Shown one piece after another: positions 20,180 to 29,689 of a stretch of 64,000 bases of DNA. A program made the translations under genes and the position numbers. The first letter of the stretch is position 1; every line of letters starts with the position of its first letter. The DNA is from an uncultured Nitrospiraceae bacterium (GTDB lineage: Bacteria; Nitrospirota; Nitrospiria; Nitrospirales; Nitrospiraceae), in NCBI GenBank assembly GCA_963730935.1, contig CAVSTP010000002.1:832001-896000 (forward strand). Reading direction: 5' to 3'. The notes beneath the pieces are model-generated. The model saw only the letters and a program-made list of their open reading frames with translations, was not told where the DNA came from and ran no database searches.

Positions 20180-22885
20180 ATGGCCGAGATCCGTCCTAAT
20201 CCAGATGCGCTCCTCAAACGTGTGCAGGCGGATGAAGCTCGCCAGCTTCAGGGAAAGCTCAAAATATTCTTTGGCGCCAATCCGGGAGTAGGGAAAACCT
20301 ACGCCATGCTGGAAGCGGCGCACGAGCAGCGTCGCGATGGAGTGGACATCGTCATCGGCATCGTCGAGACGCACGGGAGAGCGGAAACTGAAGCCTTGCT
20401 TCCTGGTCTTGAGGTACTGCCCCGCCGCACGGTGGAGTACCGAGGCACCGTGCTCAACGAATTTGACCTCGATGCCGCCCTTTCCCGCCATCCCACGGTG
20501 ATCTTGATCGACGAACTGGCTCACACGAATGCGCCTGCGCTTCGGCACACCAAGCGTTGGCAGGACGTGCAGGAGCTGTTGAAGGCCGGCATTACGGTCT
20601 ACACAACCGTCAATGTACAGCACCTGGAAAGCCTCAATGACGTGGTGGCGCAGATCACCGGCGTGCGTGTCCGGGAAACGGTACCCGATTCTGCAATTGA
20701 GCGGGCGGACGATGTTGAACTGATTGACCTCCCGCCGGACGATTTGCTCCAACGGCTGAAAGACGGAAAGGTCTATGTGCCGCAGCAGATTCAGCATGCC
20801 ATTCAACATTTCTTCACCAAAGGGAATCTGATCGCCCTCCGCGAATTGGCTCTCCGCCGCACGGCCGAGAGGGTCGATCAGCAAATGGAAGTTTACCGGC
20901 GCGACCATGCGGTCGTCCGTACCTGGCCGGCGGCCGAAACGATTATGGTCTGCGTAAACATGAAGCCGCGCGGGCCGCGGCTGATTCGTGCGGCGCGCCA
21001 GATGGCCACCAATCTGCATGCCAAATGTATCGCTGTCTACGTGCAAGTTCCGCGGCATCTTCGATTGCCGCAGGCCGATCGCGACCGGCTCGTGCAGACG
21101 TTACGCCTTGCCGAGCAACTCGGTGCGGAAACGGTCACGTTGACGGGAGAGCGGGTGGCACAGGAGCTGCTGAACTACGCCCGCAGCCGCAACGCAACCA
21201 AACTCATCGTGGGAAAGCCGGTTCGGTCTCTTTGGAAGGAATGGCTCTTCGGTTCCGTGGTGTCAGAGCTGGTCCACCAAAGCGGGGACATTGATATCTA
21301 CGTCATTACCGGAGAGGCAGGGGAAGGACAGCCACTCATCCGCCGCAGCCTCAAGAGAACCAGCAATCGGCGGGAATACCTCTATGCCCTCGTGGGAGTC
21401 GCCATGGCAACGGCCGTCGCCTGGGCCATGGATCCTTATTTCAGTCAGGCCAATCTGATTATGATGTACCTGATGGCGGTGATCGTCATCGCGATTCGAT
21501 TGGGACGAGGCCCCTCGGTCCTGGCCTCGGTCGTGAGCGTGGCCACGTTCGACTTCTTCTTCGTGCCGCCCTACCTGTCGTTCGCCGTCTCGGACATCCA
21601 ATATGTGTTGACCTTCGCCATCATGCTCATCGTGGCGTTGGTGATCAGCAACTTGGCCGTGCGCATCCGTGAACAAGCGGAGTTGGCCCGCGATCGAGAA
21701 CGGCGAACGGCGGTGTTGTATGCGATGAGCCGAGATTTGGCGACGCATCGAGGCACAGCCATGTTGGCTCAAGTCGCGGCGAAACATCTTCGCGAGGTCT
21801 TCGATGGTCAGGTGGCGATTTTCCTTGCGGATGCCGAAAAACGCGTTCGCCTACAGCGGGGGGAACAACTCTTCTTCGACCTCGACCCCAAAGAATCCGG
21901 TGTCGCTCAATGGGTGTTTGATCACAATGAGCGGGCAGGGTCGGGAACCGATACGCTGCCGGGGGCCAGCGCGCTCTATCTTCCTTTAGTCGGGTCGACA
22001 GGACCGATCGGAGTCGTGGCGGTCCGGCCGAAAGACACGGGGCTGTTATTGGATCCCGAGCAACTGCATTTGCTCGAATCGCTCATCAATCAAGTCGCCC
22101 TGGCCATCGAACGAACTCGCCTCTCGGACGAGGCGCAACAGGCTCACGTGCGAGTGGAAACCGAACGCATGCGGAATGCTATTTTGAGTTCAGTCTCTCA
22201 CGATTTGCGGACACCACTGGCCACCATTACGGGAGCGGCCAGCAGCTTGTTGGACGAGCGGAGCCCCCTCAACGCGAGCGATCGCCTTGAGCTCTCTCAA
22301 TCGATTTACCGCGAGGCGAACCGATTGGATCGGCTGCTCAAGAACTTACTGGACATGATGCGGATCGAGGCGGGGGCGGTGCAGCTCAAGAAGGAGTGGC
22401 ATCCGTTGGACGAGATCGTCGGAGCCGCGCTCTCCAGGATGGAAGAGCGGTTGAGGAATGTGACCGTTCGTACGACGTTCCCTCCGGATTTGCCGATGGT
22501 GCAGATTGATGGAGTGCTCATGGAGCAAGTCATGATCAACCTCCTGGAAAATGCGGCGAAGTACGCTCCTCCTGGAAGCGTCATTGAGGTTTCGGCATCG
22601 GCCGGTAACAAGGAAGTGGTCGTCGAATTGGCGGATCGAGGGCAGGGCATTCCCGTCGGGGAAGAAGTTCGCATCTTCGACAAGTTTTACCGCGCGAAAC
22701 CTGCGCGAGAAGGAGGAGTCGGGCTCGGACTCACGATTTGCCGCGGCATCATCGAAGCCCATGGCGGGCGCATCTGGGCCGAGAATCGCACCGGCGGTGG
22801 TGCGGTGTTTCGATTCGCAATCCCACTGCCGGAAGAGCAGCCTTCTATCGCCACCGAACACACCGGCAACCATCACGCATCTTAG
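20180..22885 (+). CDS. kdpD: Osmosensitive K+ sensor histidine kinase
   Basis: PGVGKTYAML, DELAHTN, Usp domain, 4 TM segments, GAF, SHDLRTPL, HATPase. Confidence 0.97.
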   Translation: MAEIRPNPDALLKRVQADEARQLQGKLKIFFGANPGVGKTYAMLEAAHEQRRDGVDIVIGIVETHGRAETEALLPGLEVLPRRTVEYRGTVLNEFDLDAALSRHPTVILIDELAHTNAPALRHTKRWQDVQELLKAGITVYTTVNVQHLESLNDVVAQITGVRVRETVPDSAIERADDVELIDLPPDDLLQRLKDGKVYVPQQIQHAIQHFFTKGNLIALRELALRRTAERVDQQMEVYRRDHAVVRTWPAAETIMVCVNMKPRGPRLIRAARQMATNLHAKCIAVYVQVPRHLRLPQADRDRLVQTLRLAEQLGAETVTLTGERVAQELLNYARSRNATKLIVGKPVRSLWKEWLFGSVVSELVHQSGDIDIYVITGEAGEGQPLIRRSLKRTSNRREYLYALVGVAMATAVAWAMDPYFSQANLIMMYLMAVIVIAIRLGRGPSVLASVVSVATFDFFFVPPYLSFAVSDIQYVLTFAIMLIVALVISNLAVRIREQAELARDRERRTAVLYAMSRDLATHRGTAMLAQVAAKHLREVFDGQVAIFLADAEKRVRLQRGEQLFFDLDPKESGVAQWVFDHNERAGSGTDTLPGASALYLPLVGSTGPIGVVAVRPKDTGLLLDPEQLHLLESLINQVALAIERTRLSDEAQQAHVRVETERMRNAILSSVSHDLRTPLATITGAASSLLDERSPLNASDRLELSQSIYREANRLDRLLKNLLDMMRIEAGAVQLKKEWHPLDEIVGAALSRMEERLRNVTVRTTFPPDLPMVQIDGVLMEQVMINLLENAAKYAPPGSVIEVSASAGNKEVVVELADRGQGIPVGEEVRIFDKFYRAKPAREGGVGLGLTICRGIIEAHGGRIWAENRTGGGAVFRFAIPLPEEQPSIATEHTGNHHAS

Positions 22886-22897
22886 CGGCGAGCGCCT

Positions 22898-23593
22898 ATG
22901 TCACAGGAAGCGACGATCGTTCTCATCGAGGATGAATCGGAAATCCGGCGCTTTCTTCGGACAACACTCCCCGGTCATGGTTTCCGAATCTACGAAGCGA
23001 CAACAGGACAAGGAGGTCTGATCGAAATCAAATCGAGGAATCCCGATCTCATTCTGCTTGATCTCGGACTCCCGGACTTGGATGGCATCGACGTGATTCG
23101 CCAGGTGCGCGACTGGACACCAACGCCAATCATTGTGCTCTCGGCCAGAGAGCAGGAACAGCAAAAGGTCTCCGCACTCGACCTGGGCGCAGACGACTAC
23201 GTAACCAAGCCATTTGGCATCAATGAACTGCTTGCACGAATACGCACGGCCCTGCGGCATGCGGCGCGGCCTGACGAATCGGAGACGGCCTCCTGCTTTA
23301 CATTTGGTGATGTGCGCGTAGAACTCGGTCGACGTCAGGTGTTTGTGGCCGACAAGGAGATTCATCTGACGCAGATTGAATACAAACTTCTCACGACGCT
23401 GGTCCGCCATGCAGGCAAAGTCGTCACCCACCGGCAATTGCTGAAGGAGGTGTGGGGTCCGCTGCATGTCGAGGAAAGCCACTACCTGCGGGTGTACATG
23501 CGCCAGCTTCGCAACAAGCTAGAGTCCAATCCCGCGCATTCCAAGTTTCTCGTGACCGAACTCGGCGTCGGGTATCGACTGCGGACGGAATAG
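22898..23593 (+). CDS. kdpE: OmpR-family response regulator
   Basis: LLDLGLPDLDG, YLRVYMRQLRNKLE, TELGVGYRL; follows kdpD. Confidence 0.95.
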   Translation: MSQEATIVLIEDESEIRRFLRTTLPGHGFRIYEATTGQGGLIEIKSRNPDLILLDLGLPDLDGIDVIRQVRDWTPTPIIVLSAREQEQQKVSALDLGADDYVTKPFGINELLARIRTALRHAARPDESETASCFTFGDVRVELGRRQVFVADKEIHLTQIEYKLLTTLVRHAGKVVTHRQLLKEVWGPLHVEESHYLRVYMRQLRNKLESNPAHSKFLVTELGVGYRLRTE

Positions 23594-23659
23594 GGATTCG
23601 ACACGTCGAGATCCCGACGCGAACTGCCGGCGTGGCGCCTGGTTCAACAAGGTGGGCCT

Positions 23660-24877
23660 TCACGGCGAATCGAACGTTCCGATGAGCGCGAAGATCAGCA
23701 TCTGCTGCCCGGGTGTCAGCAGGTTGTTCGTTCCTTTGAAAAATCCGCCTCCCGCTCCGGTCGAGTCGTCGTACCGATATTCCAATCGACAGATCGTATT
23801 GGTCCACAGGTAGGGCAGCCGGTATTCCGCGGTGGTGGTGATGGCCTTGATGAACTGCTCCGAACCAGTCATGAGCCCGTTCCGGTCCCAAAAAAACTCG
23901 GGTCTTACGGAGACGGTCCAGGGGCCGGCAATGTGCCATCGAGTTTCAATGGTGGCACCGGTGTAGAAATCACGGGGATTTCCGGGAGCCGAGGCATTCT
24001 TCTGAGTCCCGATCTGATAATCGAACCCCACGGTCACCTCGTCGCCTTTCCATTCGGCGATGGTGTCGGAAAAAAAACGCCAGAACTCCAACGAGGTGGC
24101 AGCCTGGTCTGGCCCGTAATACATCGTTTCTTTGACGGTCCAGGCAGGCGCGGGCTTGTACTGTATCTGTCCGCCGTAACTCGGGAGACTGTTCGAATTT
24201 TCAAGGTGAAAATAATCGTTGATCACGAAAAACGCGCCGGTCCACTGATCGTTGAACGCATAGACGGCGTTGACGCCGAACATTAAGTAGGGGGAATAGT
24301 CGGCGATCCAGGCGCGCGAGTAGTTGCCATTGTCTTTGGCATACAGCGACTCGTAGCCGATGAAACTGTTGAACAGTCCGGCTTGAAGCGTGAGTCCGTT
24401 GCCGACCGGAGCGACATACGACACGTTCGCGCGCCCGAAGTGCCGCCAGACGTCTGAGCCGGATACTTTGGGCTGACTCGTGGCGAACCCGAACGCCTTT
24501 GAGTCCTCCCCGGCTTGGACCAACCACTCCGTCCCCCAACGAGACGACTCGGTCGCATCTTTCCGGACATAGACCGCCGCCATGTTCAGATCCAGTTCAT
24601 TGACCCGCGGTGTGGTGCTGCGGTTACGGAACAGGTGATTGTCGGGGAAATTGAAATCCAGCGAATAACCGAGATCGATGAACCCTCCATAATGCCAGAG
24701 CGGTTTCTCCTGGATCGCGGGCTCCGGTTGAGACGGTGCATCTGTTTCGGTTGCGGACTGGTCGTTGGCCGGCTCGCCGGGCGAACTCTCTCCTCCCGAG
24801 GCTGGGACGGGTATCAGGCCCGCGCACAGCCATGCGCTCAACGTGAGGGTGCAGACGAAGGAGCGGCTCAGGGACAC
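23660..24877 (-). CDS. Outer-membrane beta-barrel porin (BBP2/OmpL-like)
   Basis: AAGGAG RBS before GTG 24877; signal peptide; RANVSY, FNSFIGYESLYAKDN; C-terminal FDSP. Confidence 0.75.
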   Translation of the reverse strand: MSLSRSFVCTLTLSAWLCAGLIPVPASGGESSPGEPANDQSATETDAPSQPEPAIQEKPLWHYGGFIDLGYSLDFNFPDNHLFRNRSTTPRVNELDLNMAAVYVRKDATESSRWGTEWLVQAGEDSKAFGFATSQPKVSGSDVWRHFGRANVSYVAPVGNGLTLQAGLFNSFIGYESLYAKDNGNYSRAWIADYSPYLMFGVNAVYAFNDQWTGAFFVINDYFHLENSNSLPSYGGQIQYKPAPAWTVKETMYYGPDQAATSLEFWRFFSDTIAEWKGDEVTVGFDYQIGTQKNASAPGNPRDFYTGATIETRWHIAGPWTVSVRPEFFWDRNGLMTGSEQFIKAITTTAEYRLPYLWTNTICRLEYRYDDSTGAGGGFFKGTNNLLTPGQQMLIFALIGTFDSP

Positions 24878-24955
24878 GCGGCTCCTTCCTTGACCTGCGG
24901 CCGTCGATCGCCGGGGTTTTCGGGAATCATGCCTCGTGAAATGTAGCGCATTATC

Positions 24956-24975
24956 TATAAAAATGAGGTAAAAAA
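24956..24975 (-). promoter_or_regulatory. Putative KdpE box between the divergent porins
   Basis: Minus strand TTTTTAC-CTCA-TTTTTAT (11-bp period) followed by GATAAT. Confidence 0.5.
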
Positions 24976-25048
24976 GCGCAGCAACTGCCCATGAATGACA
25001 TCTAAGCAATTCCCGTACTGCGCGTGTCGCGCAGGCCGGAAAGGCTTT

Positions 25049-26266
25049 ATGACGGCCGGTCATCGCCTCCTCTTCGCCGCGGTGATCCTTTGCGCATGGG
25101 GCGGGGGCGTCATGCCGGCCAGCGCGGAAGAATCCCAGCCAACATCGTTGCCACCGGCTGCTGTGGAAGGTCTCGGACAGGACCAACAGCCCGCCAAGAC
25201 GTTGTGGCATTACGGCGCCTATTTGGATCTCACCTATCCGATTGATTTCAACCATCCTGCCAATCACATATGGCGCAGCAAGGTCACCACACAAAAGGTG
25301 AACGAGCTGAGCTTGAACATGGCAATGGCTTACGTCAGGAAGGACGTGGACACATCCTCGCGGTGGGGGATGGAGTTCGCGCTTCAGACTGGCCGCGATG
25401 TTGAAGGACAAGTGCCCAATGCCAGCCTCAGGAATGGCAACCCCTACGATAGTGCCGATACCTTCAGCCACTTCTCACGGGCCAATGTCTCCTACCTGGC
25501 GCCGATCGGGACTGGTTTGAAACTTACGGGCGGGCTGTTTAACAGCTATATTGGCTACGAATCCTTCTACGCAAAAGACAACTTCAACTATACGCGATCG
25601 CTGCTTCCAGACTATACACCCTACTTCATGGCTGGAATTTCTGCGGAATATCAGATCAACGCGTCGATCAAGACGGTGTTCTATGTCATCAACCGGTACA
25701 ATTTTCTTTCCCAGCCAAACAATCTTCCCAGCTACGGAGGACAGATCAAGTGGTCGGCTTCGCCGCAATGGACATTTGTTCAAAATGTGTACTACGGCCC
25801 GGACCAAACCGACACCAGTTTGAAGTACTGGCGCTTTTTCTCGGACAGCATTTTGGAGTGGAAACGCGATGCGTTCACCGTGGCCCTCGTGTATGACATC
25901 GGCACCGAACGGGCGATAGCTCAGGCAGGCGGCCAGCGGCAATTCTGGATGGGCAGCGCTCTCCTGAGCCAATGGCGCTTCGTCAAGGCCTGGGCGGTGG
26001 CCGTCCGTCCTGAACTCTACTATGACCCTGACGGCACGATGACCGGCGCGAAGCAATTCATCAAGGGTGTGACGACCACCTTGGAATACAAGCTGGAGTA
26101 CGCCTGGACGACGACGAGGTTTCGCTTGGAGTACCGCTTCAACAACTCCACCGGGCCTCAAGGCGGGTTTTTTACCGGAGGTCCCAACTCATCGGGAGCC
26201 ATCGGACTGACTCCGTCCCAAAATCTGCTGTTCTTCGCCATCCTCTGGAGCTTTGATTCGCCCTAA
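25049..26266 (+). CDS. Outer-membrane beta-barrel porin (BBP2/OmpL-like), paralog of 23660..24877
   Basis: Signal peptide ending in ASA; LWHYG, RANVSY, FNSYIGYESFYAKDN, C-terminal FDSP. Confidence 0.78.
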   Translation: MTAGHRLLFAAVILCAWGGGVMPASAEESQPTSLPPAAVEGLGQDQQPAKTLWHYGAYLDLTYPIDFNHPANHIWRSKVTTQKVNELSLNMAMAYVRKDVDTSSRWGMEFALQTGRDVEGQVPNASLRNGNPYDSADTFSHFSRANVSYLAPIGTGLKLTGGLFNSYIGYESFYAKDNFNYTRSLLPDYTPYFMAGISAEYQINASIKTVFYVINRYNFLSQPNNLPSYGGQIKWSASPQWTFVQNVYYGPDQTDTSLKYWRFFSDSILEWKRDAFTVALVYDIGTERAIAQAGGQRQFWMGSALLSQWRFVKAWAVAVRPELYYDPDGTMTGAKQFIKGVTTTLEYKLEYAWTTTRFRLEYRFNNSTGPQGGFFTGGPNSSGAIGLTPSQNLLFFAILWSFDSP

Positions 26267-26272
26267 TGCCGT

Positions 26273-27001
26273 TTACTTCGTTTCTTTTTGTTCGCGCAAG
26301 CGCTTCAGCTGCGTGTCAAGGCGGCGCATCAACTCTTCCATTGCCCTCGCCTTCGCGAGCTCCAGGACGGTTTTGTCTTCCACCAGGGCGGCCGGCCCCA
26401 CCTTCTCGATTTTCGCGTCGGTCTGTTCCTCGAACAGCCGCGCTCCTGTCTTGACGTCCCACAGTGTCGCTTTCAACAGACAGAGCGCATCGCTCTGCGT
26501 GCCGTCGGCCACGTAGGCGCCCAGGATGGTCCAATACCACAAGGCGGCCTTGTAATTATTGTAGCGATCGACGGCAGCAGCCCCGTCAAATATCAACAGC
26601 CAGTCGACGCCATAGCGCGTCGCAGCCGCTCTGAGTTCCGTCAAAGTGTGACCCTTCAATGACGACAGCGTCAGGAATCCGGCGCTCTTTCCTCCTGTGT
26701 CGAGCGGAACCCGTTTGGACCAGGCCAGCACGTCATCCCGGTCGCGGCTTGTCCATTCGAACTCGCGGTGGAGGAAGCCTGTGGGTTTCAAGTAGAGACC
26801 AAGTTGAGGCGCGTCTGAACGCACCGGAGCGGCGGCGGCTGTCGACGTGTCGATAAAACGAGATTCTTCCTGCCGGATCTCATCTTGGAGAAACTCACGA
26901 GAAAGGCCCTGGCTGCTCGCGCAGCCGCTGAGTCCCAGAAGAGCAACTAGAAGGGAAAGTGCCCATCGGATCGCTTGAGCGCGTTTCACGTCTGTCGGCA
27001 T
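26273..27001 (-). CDS. Putative lipoprotein
   Basis: Lipobox LSGC after a hydrophobic stretch. Confidence 0.7.
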   Translation of the reverse strand: MPTDVKRAQAIRWALSLLVALLGLSGCASSQGLSREFLQDEIRQEESRFIDTSTAAAAPVRSDAPQLGLYLKPTGFLHREFEWTSRDRDDVLAWSKRVPLDTGGKSAGFLTLSSLKGHTLTELRAAATRYGVDWLLIFDGAAAVDRYNNYKAALWYWTILGAYVADGTQSDALCLLKATLWDVKTGARLFEEQTDAKIEKVGPAALVEDKTVLELAKARAMEELMRRLDTQLKRLREQKETK

Positions 27002-27028
27002 GATGAACTCTTGTGCGTAGAGGATCGC

Positions 27029-27511
27029 CTATTCCGTGAGCGGGGTGATGCGATCGGCCACGGCCTGAACAATGCCTTCACGCTCGCCGGCAACTTTCAG
27101 GCCCTGAAAGCTCAGATAGTAGCCGCCATGGTTCGGCGCCTGGATGGTCGCAAGGAGCTCCACCCGCGCACCGTCTTCGACGTCAGGATCCTTCACCGTC
27201 GGGAAACCGCAGATGCCGAACACGGCCACGTTGATCGAGGCCGTCTCGTCTTCGAGGTAGAAGAGATAGGCGCCATAGCAGGTTGTACCGGCCGGCAATC
27301 TATACGGATCCAGCGGCTGGACGTTCCGGACGGTTCCGGAGAGCATGACTTGTTTCAGATGATAGCTCGCCGGTGCATCGAGGATCTCACGAATCGTGGG
27401 GGAATCGGCTGCCGAAGCGCTCGAACATAGGACGAACCCATAACTCATCACACACGCAGACCACAAGAGAAGGCGGATGACTCTTCGGTACATCGGGAAG
27501 GATTCTAGCAT
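27029..27511 (-). CDS. Exported hypothetical protein, possible OB-fold
   Basis: Signal peptide; TIREILDAPASYHLKQVMLSGTV and LEDETASINV patterns. Confidence 0.65.
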   Translation of the reverse strand: MLESFPMYRRVIRLLLWSACVMSYGFVLCSSASAADSPTIREILDAPASYHLKQVMLSGTVRNVQPLDPYRLPAGTTCYGAYLFYLEDETASINVAVFGICGFPTVKDPDVEDGARVELLATIQAPNHGGYYLSFQGLKVAGEREGIVQAVADRITPLTE

Positions 27512-27600
27512 TTCTCCATTGCGTCAGACGATCCATCAACGATCTTTCGCCGTTCGAGGTCTCTCGCTATAATCCGCAAGCTCAAGTCAGGAGGAGGTTC

Positions 27601-28968
27601 ATGGCCATACAAGACCGACTGGAGACCTACGTTGTCGAACGGCGCCCACACTTCGAAGACCTGTTGGGCCAAATGGTCGAGGTTCCCTCGATTAGCATGG
27701 ATCCCTCGAAGGCGAACGACATGCGGCGCATGGCCGACATGGCGGCGCAGGTGTTGGCCGACATGGGCGCCGAATCCCGGATCGTCGAGACCGGTGGCTA
27801 TCCAATCGTGTCTGGTGGCTGGATGGCCGGAGCCCAATACCCCACGGTGACCATTTACAACCATCTTGATGTTCAGCCTGCCCAGGAGCCCGAATGGCAG
27901 CGGGAGCCATTTGCGTTCACATGCGAAGATGGCATCTATCATGGCCGAGGCGCCACCGATGACAAGGGCCCGGCCCTTTCAGCTCTTTTTGGAGCTCGTT
28001 TTGCCATCGACCAGGGTTTGCCGATCAATATCCGGTTTCTCTGGGAGCTCGAAGAAGAAATCGGGAGCCCGCATTTCGCTGCAGGGCTCAAGAAACGGAC
28101 GGAGGTGCCTTGTCCCGATTCGGTGGTCGTCTCGGATACCATCTGGATCGCCAAAGGACAGCCGGCGATGCCGTATGGATTGCGAGGGTTAATAGGTGCC
28201 AGGCTCAACCTGCGAACAGGCAGCAAAGACGCCCATTCGGGTGTCACGGGCGGTGCGGCGAGAAATCCCCTTGCCGAACTCATGGAAGTCGCCCAGGCCT
28301 GTGTCGATGCCAAAACCGGAGAGGTGAAGATACCGGGCTTTTACAAGGATGTCGTGAAGCCGACAAAAGAGGAAATCAAAAGCTTCCTCAGGTCGGGGTT
28401 TCAGGTTAGGCGCTTCAAAGAGGCCTACGGTTTCCACTCATTGAGGACGAATGATCCGGCCGAAGTCATGCGGCGCATTTGGGCGGCTCCGACGTTTGAG
28501 ATACATGGCTTGAGCGGCGGCTATCACGGACCAGGAATTAAAACAGTGGTGCCAAGCCACGGCGAGTTGAAAATCACCATGCGGCTCGTCCCTGATCAAA
28601 CGCCGGCAAAGATATTCGCGCTGTTCAAGAAATACGTCTCGAAGTTGAATCCCAGCGTCAAAGTGGACCCCGAAAACATGCTTCATCCGTTCAAAGGCAG
28701 TTTCGAAGGTCCCTATGTCGAATGCGTGAAGCGGGCGGCGAAGGCAGCGTTCGGCAAAGAGCCGGCATTTATACGCGAAGGAGGATCGATTGGGGCCATG
28801 GTGACAATGCAAAAGGCCTGGAAGGTGCCGATCCTCTTCCTCGGACTCAGCCTGCCGGAGCACGGTTATCATGCGCCGAACGAATATTTCGATTGGGGCC
28901 AGGCCTCGGGCGGCATGAAGGCCTTTGCGCATTATTTTGCGGAACTCGCCAAAATGGGAAAACGGTAG
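27601..28968 (+). CDS. M20/M25/M40 family metallopeptidase
   Basis: YNHLDVQP, GRGATDDKG, EEEIGS, HAPNE; AGGAGG RBS. Confidence 0.92.
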   Translation: MAIQDRLETYVVERRPHFEDLLGQMVEVPSISMDPSKANDMRRMADMAAQVLADMGAESRIVETGGYPIVSGGWMAGAQYPTVTIYNHLDVQPAQEPEWQREPFAFTCEDGIYHGRGATDDKGPALSALFGARFAIDQGLPINIRFLWELEEEIGSPHFAAGLKKRTEVPCPDSVVVSDTIWIAKGQPAMPYGLRGLIGARLNLRTGSKDAHSGVTGGAARNPLAELMEVAQACVDAKTGEVKIPGFYKDVVKPTKEEIKSFLRSGFQVRRFKEAYGFHSLRTNDPAEVMRRIWAAPTFEIHGLSGGYHGPGIKTVVPSHGELKITMRLVPDQTPAKIFALFKKYVSKLNPSVKVDPENMLHPFKGSFEGPYVECVKRAAKAAFGKEPAFIREGGSIGAMVTMQKAWKVPILFLGLSLPEHGYHAPNEYFDWGQASGGMKAFAHYFAELAKMGKR

Positions 28969-28971
28969 GCG

Positions 28972-29673
28972 TCAACCGCTCCCAACATCAAATTTCCATT
29001 CTCCCAACCGGCCGGGCAAGGCGACCGCGGCTGCGACTTGCTTGATATAGACGTTGCGTGGGATCTCTTCGGCACCCAAGCGCAGCACGTGGGGCGAGGA
29101 TTGCTGACAGTCGATGATGCGGAAGTTCCATGTACGCAGTTGACGCACGAGAGACACCAGGGCGACTTTCGATGCGTCATCCACCTTTGTGAACATCGAT
29201 TCCGCGAAGAAGGCGCTGCCGATAGCCACGCCATACAGACCGCCGACCAGCTGGTCGTTCTGCCACGTTTCGACCGAGTGGGCATAGCCTGCCTCATGGA
29301 GCGCGGTATAGGCCTCCAACATGGCCGGCGTGATCCACGTTCCCCCTTCCGGATATTGCGGCCGCGGCCCGGCGCAATGCCGCACGATCGTCTCAAAACA
29401 TCTGTCGAGCGTCACGGTGAAATGGCCCGGCCGAAGGCTGCGCTTCAGGCTACGCGAGATATGGAGATGTTCCGGGAAGAGGACGGTGCGGGGATCGGGA
29501 GACCACCAGAGGATGGGCTGACCTTCGTTGTACCAGGGAAAGATGCCGTGCCGGTATGCTTCGAGCAGCCGTTGAGGCTGAAGATCGCCGCCGATGGCAA
29601 GCAGCCCGTCGGACGTCGCATGCTCGACGGCGGGAAAGCTGAGATCGCGCGGATTTCGGCTCAACCGGACCAT
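28972..29673 (-). CDS. aat: Leucyl/phenylalanyl-tRNA--protein transferase
   Basis: GLLAIGGDL, AYRHGIFPW, WWSPDPR, AHSVETW, ESMF, IDCQ; ATG at 29673. Confidence 0.96.
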   Translation of the reverse strand: MVRLSRNPRDLSFPAVEHATSDGLLAIGGDLQPQRLLEAYRHGIFPWYNEGQPILWWSPDPRTVLFPEHLHISRSLKRSLRPGHFTVTLDRCFETIVRHCAGPRPQYPEGGTWITPAMLEAYTALHEAGYAHSVETWQNDQLVGGLYGVAIGSAFFAESMFTKVDDASKVALVSLVRQLRTWNFRIIDCQQSSPHVLRLGAEEIPRNVYIKQVAAAVALPGRLGEWKFDVGSG

Positions 29674-29689
29674 GGCTGAGCGGTGCTCG

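Noticed and set aside
24878..25471. Apparent overlap of the two porin ORFs (603-aa version)
   Set aside because: An RBS and signal peptide support a start at 24877, so the genes are divergent and do not overlap
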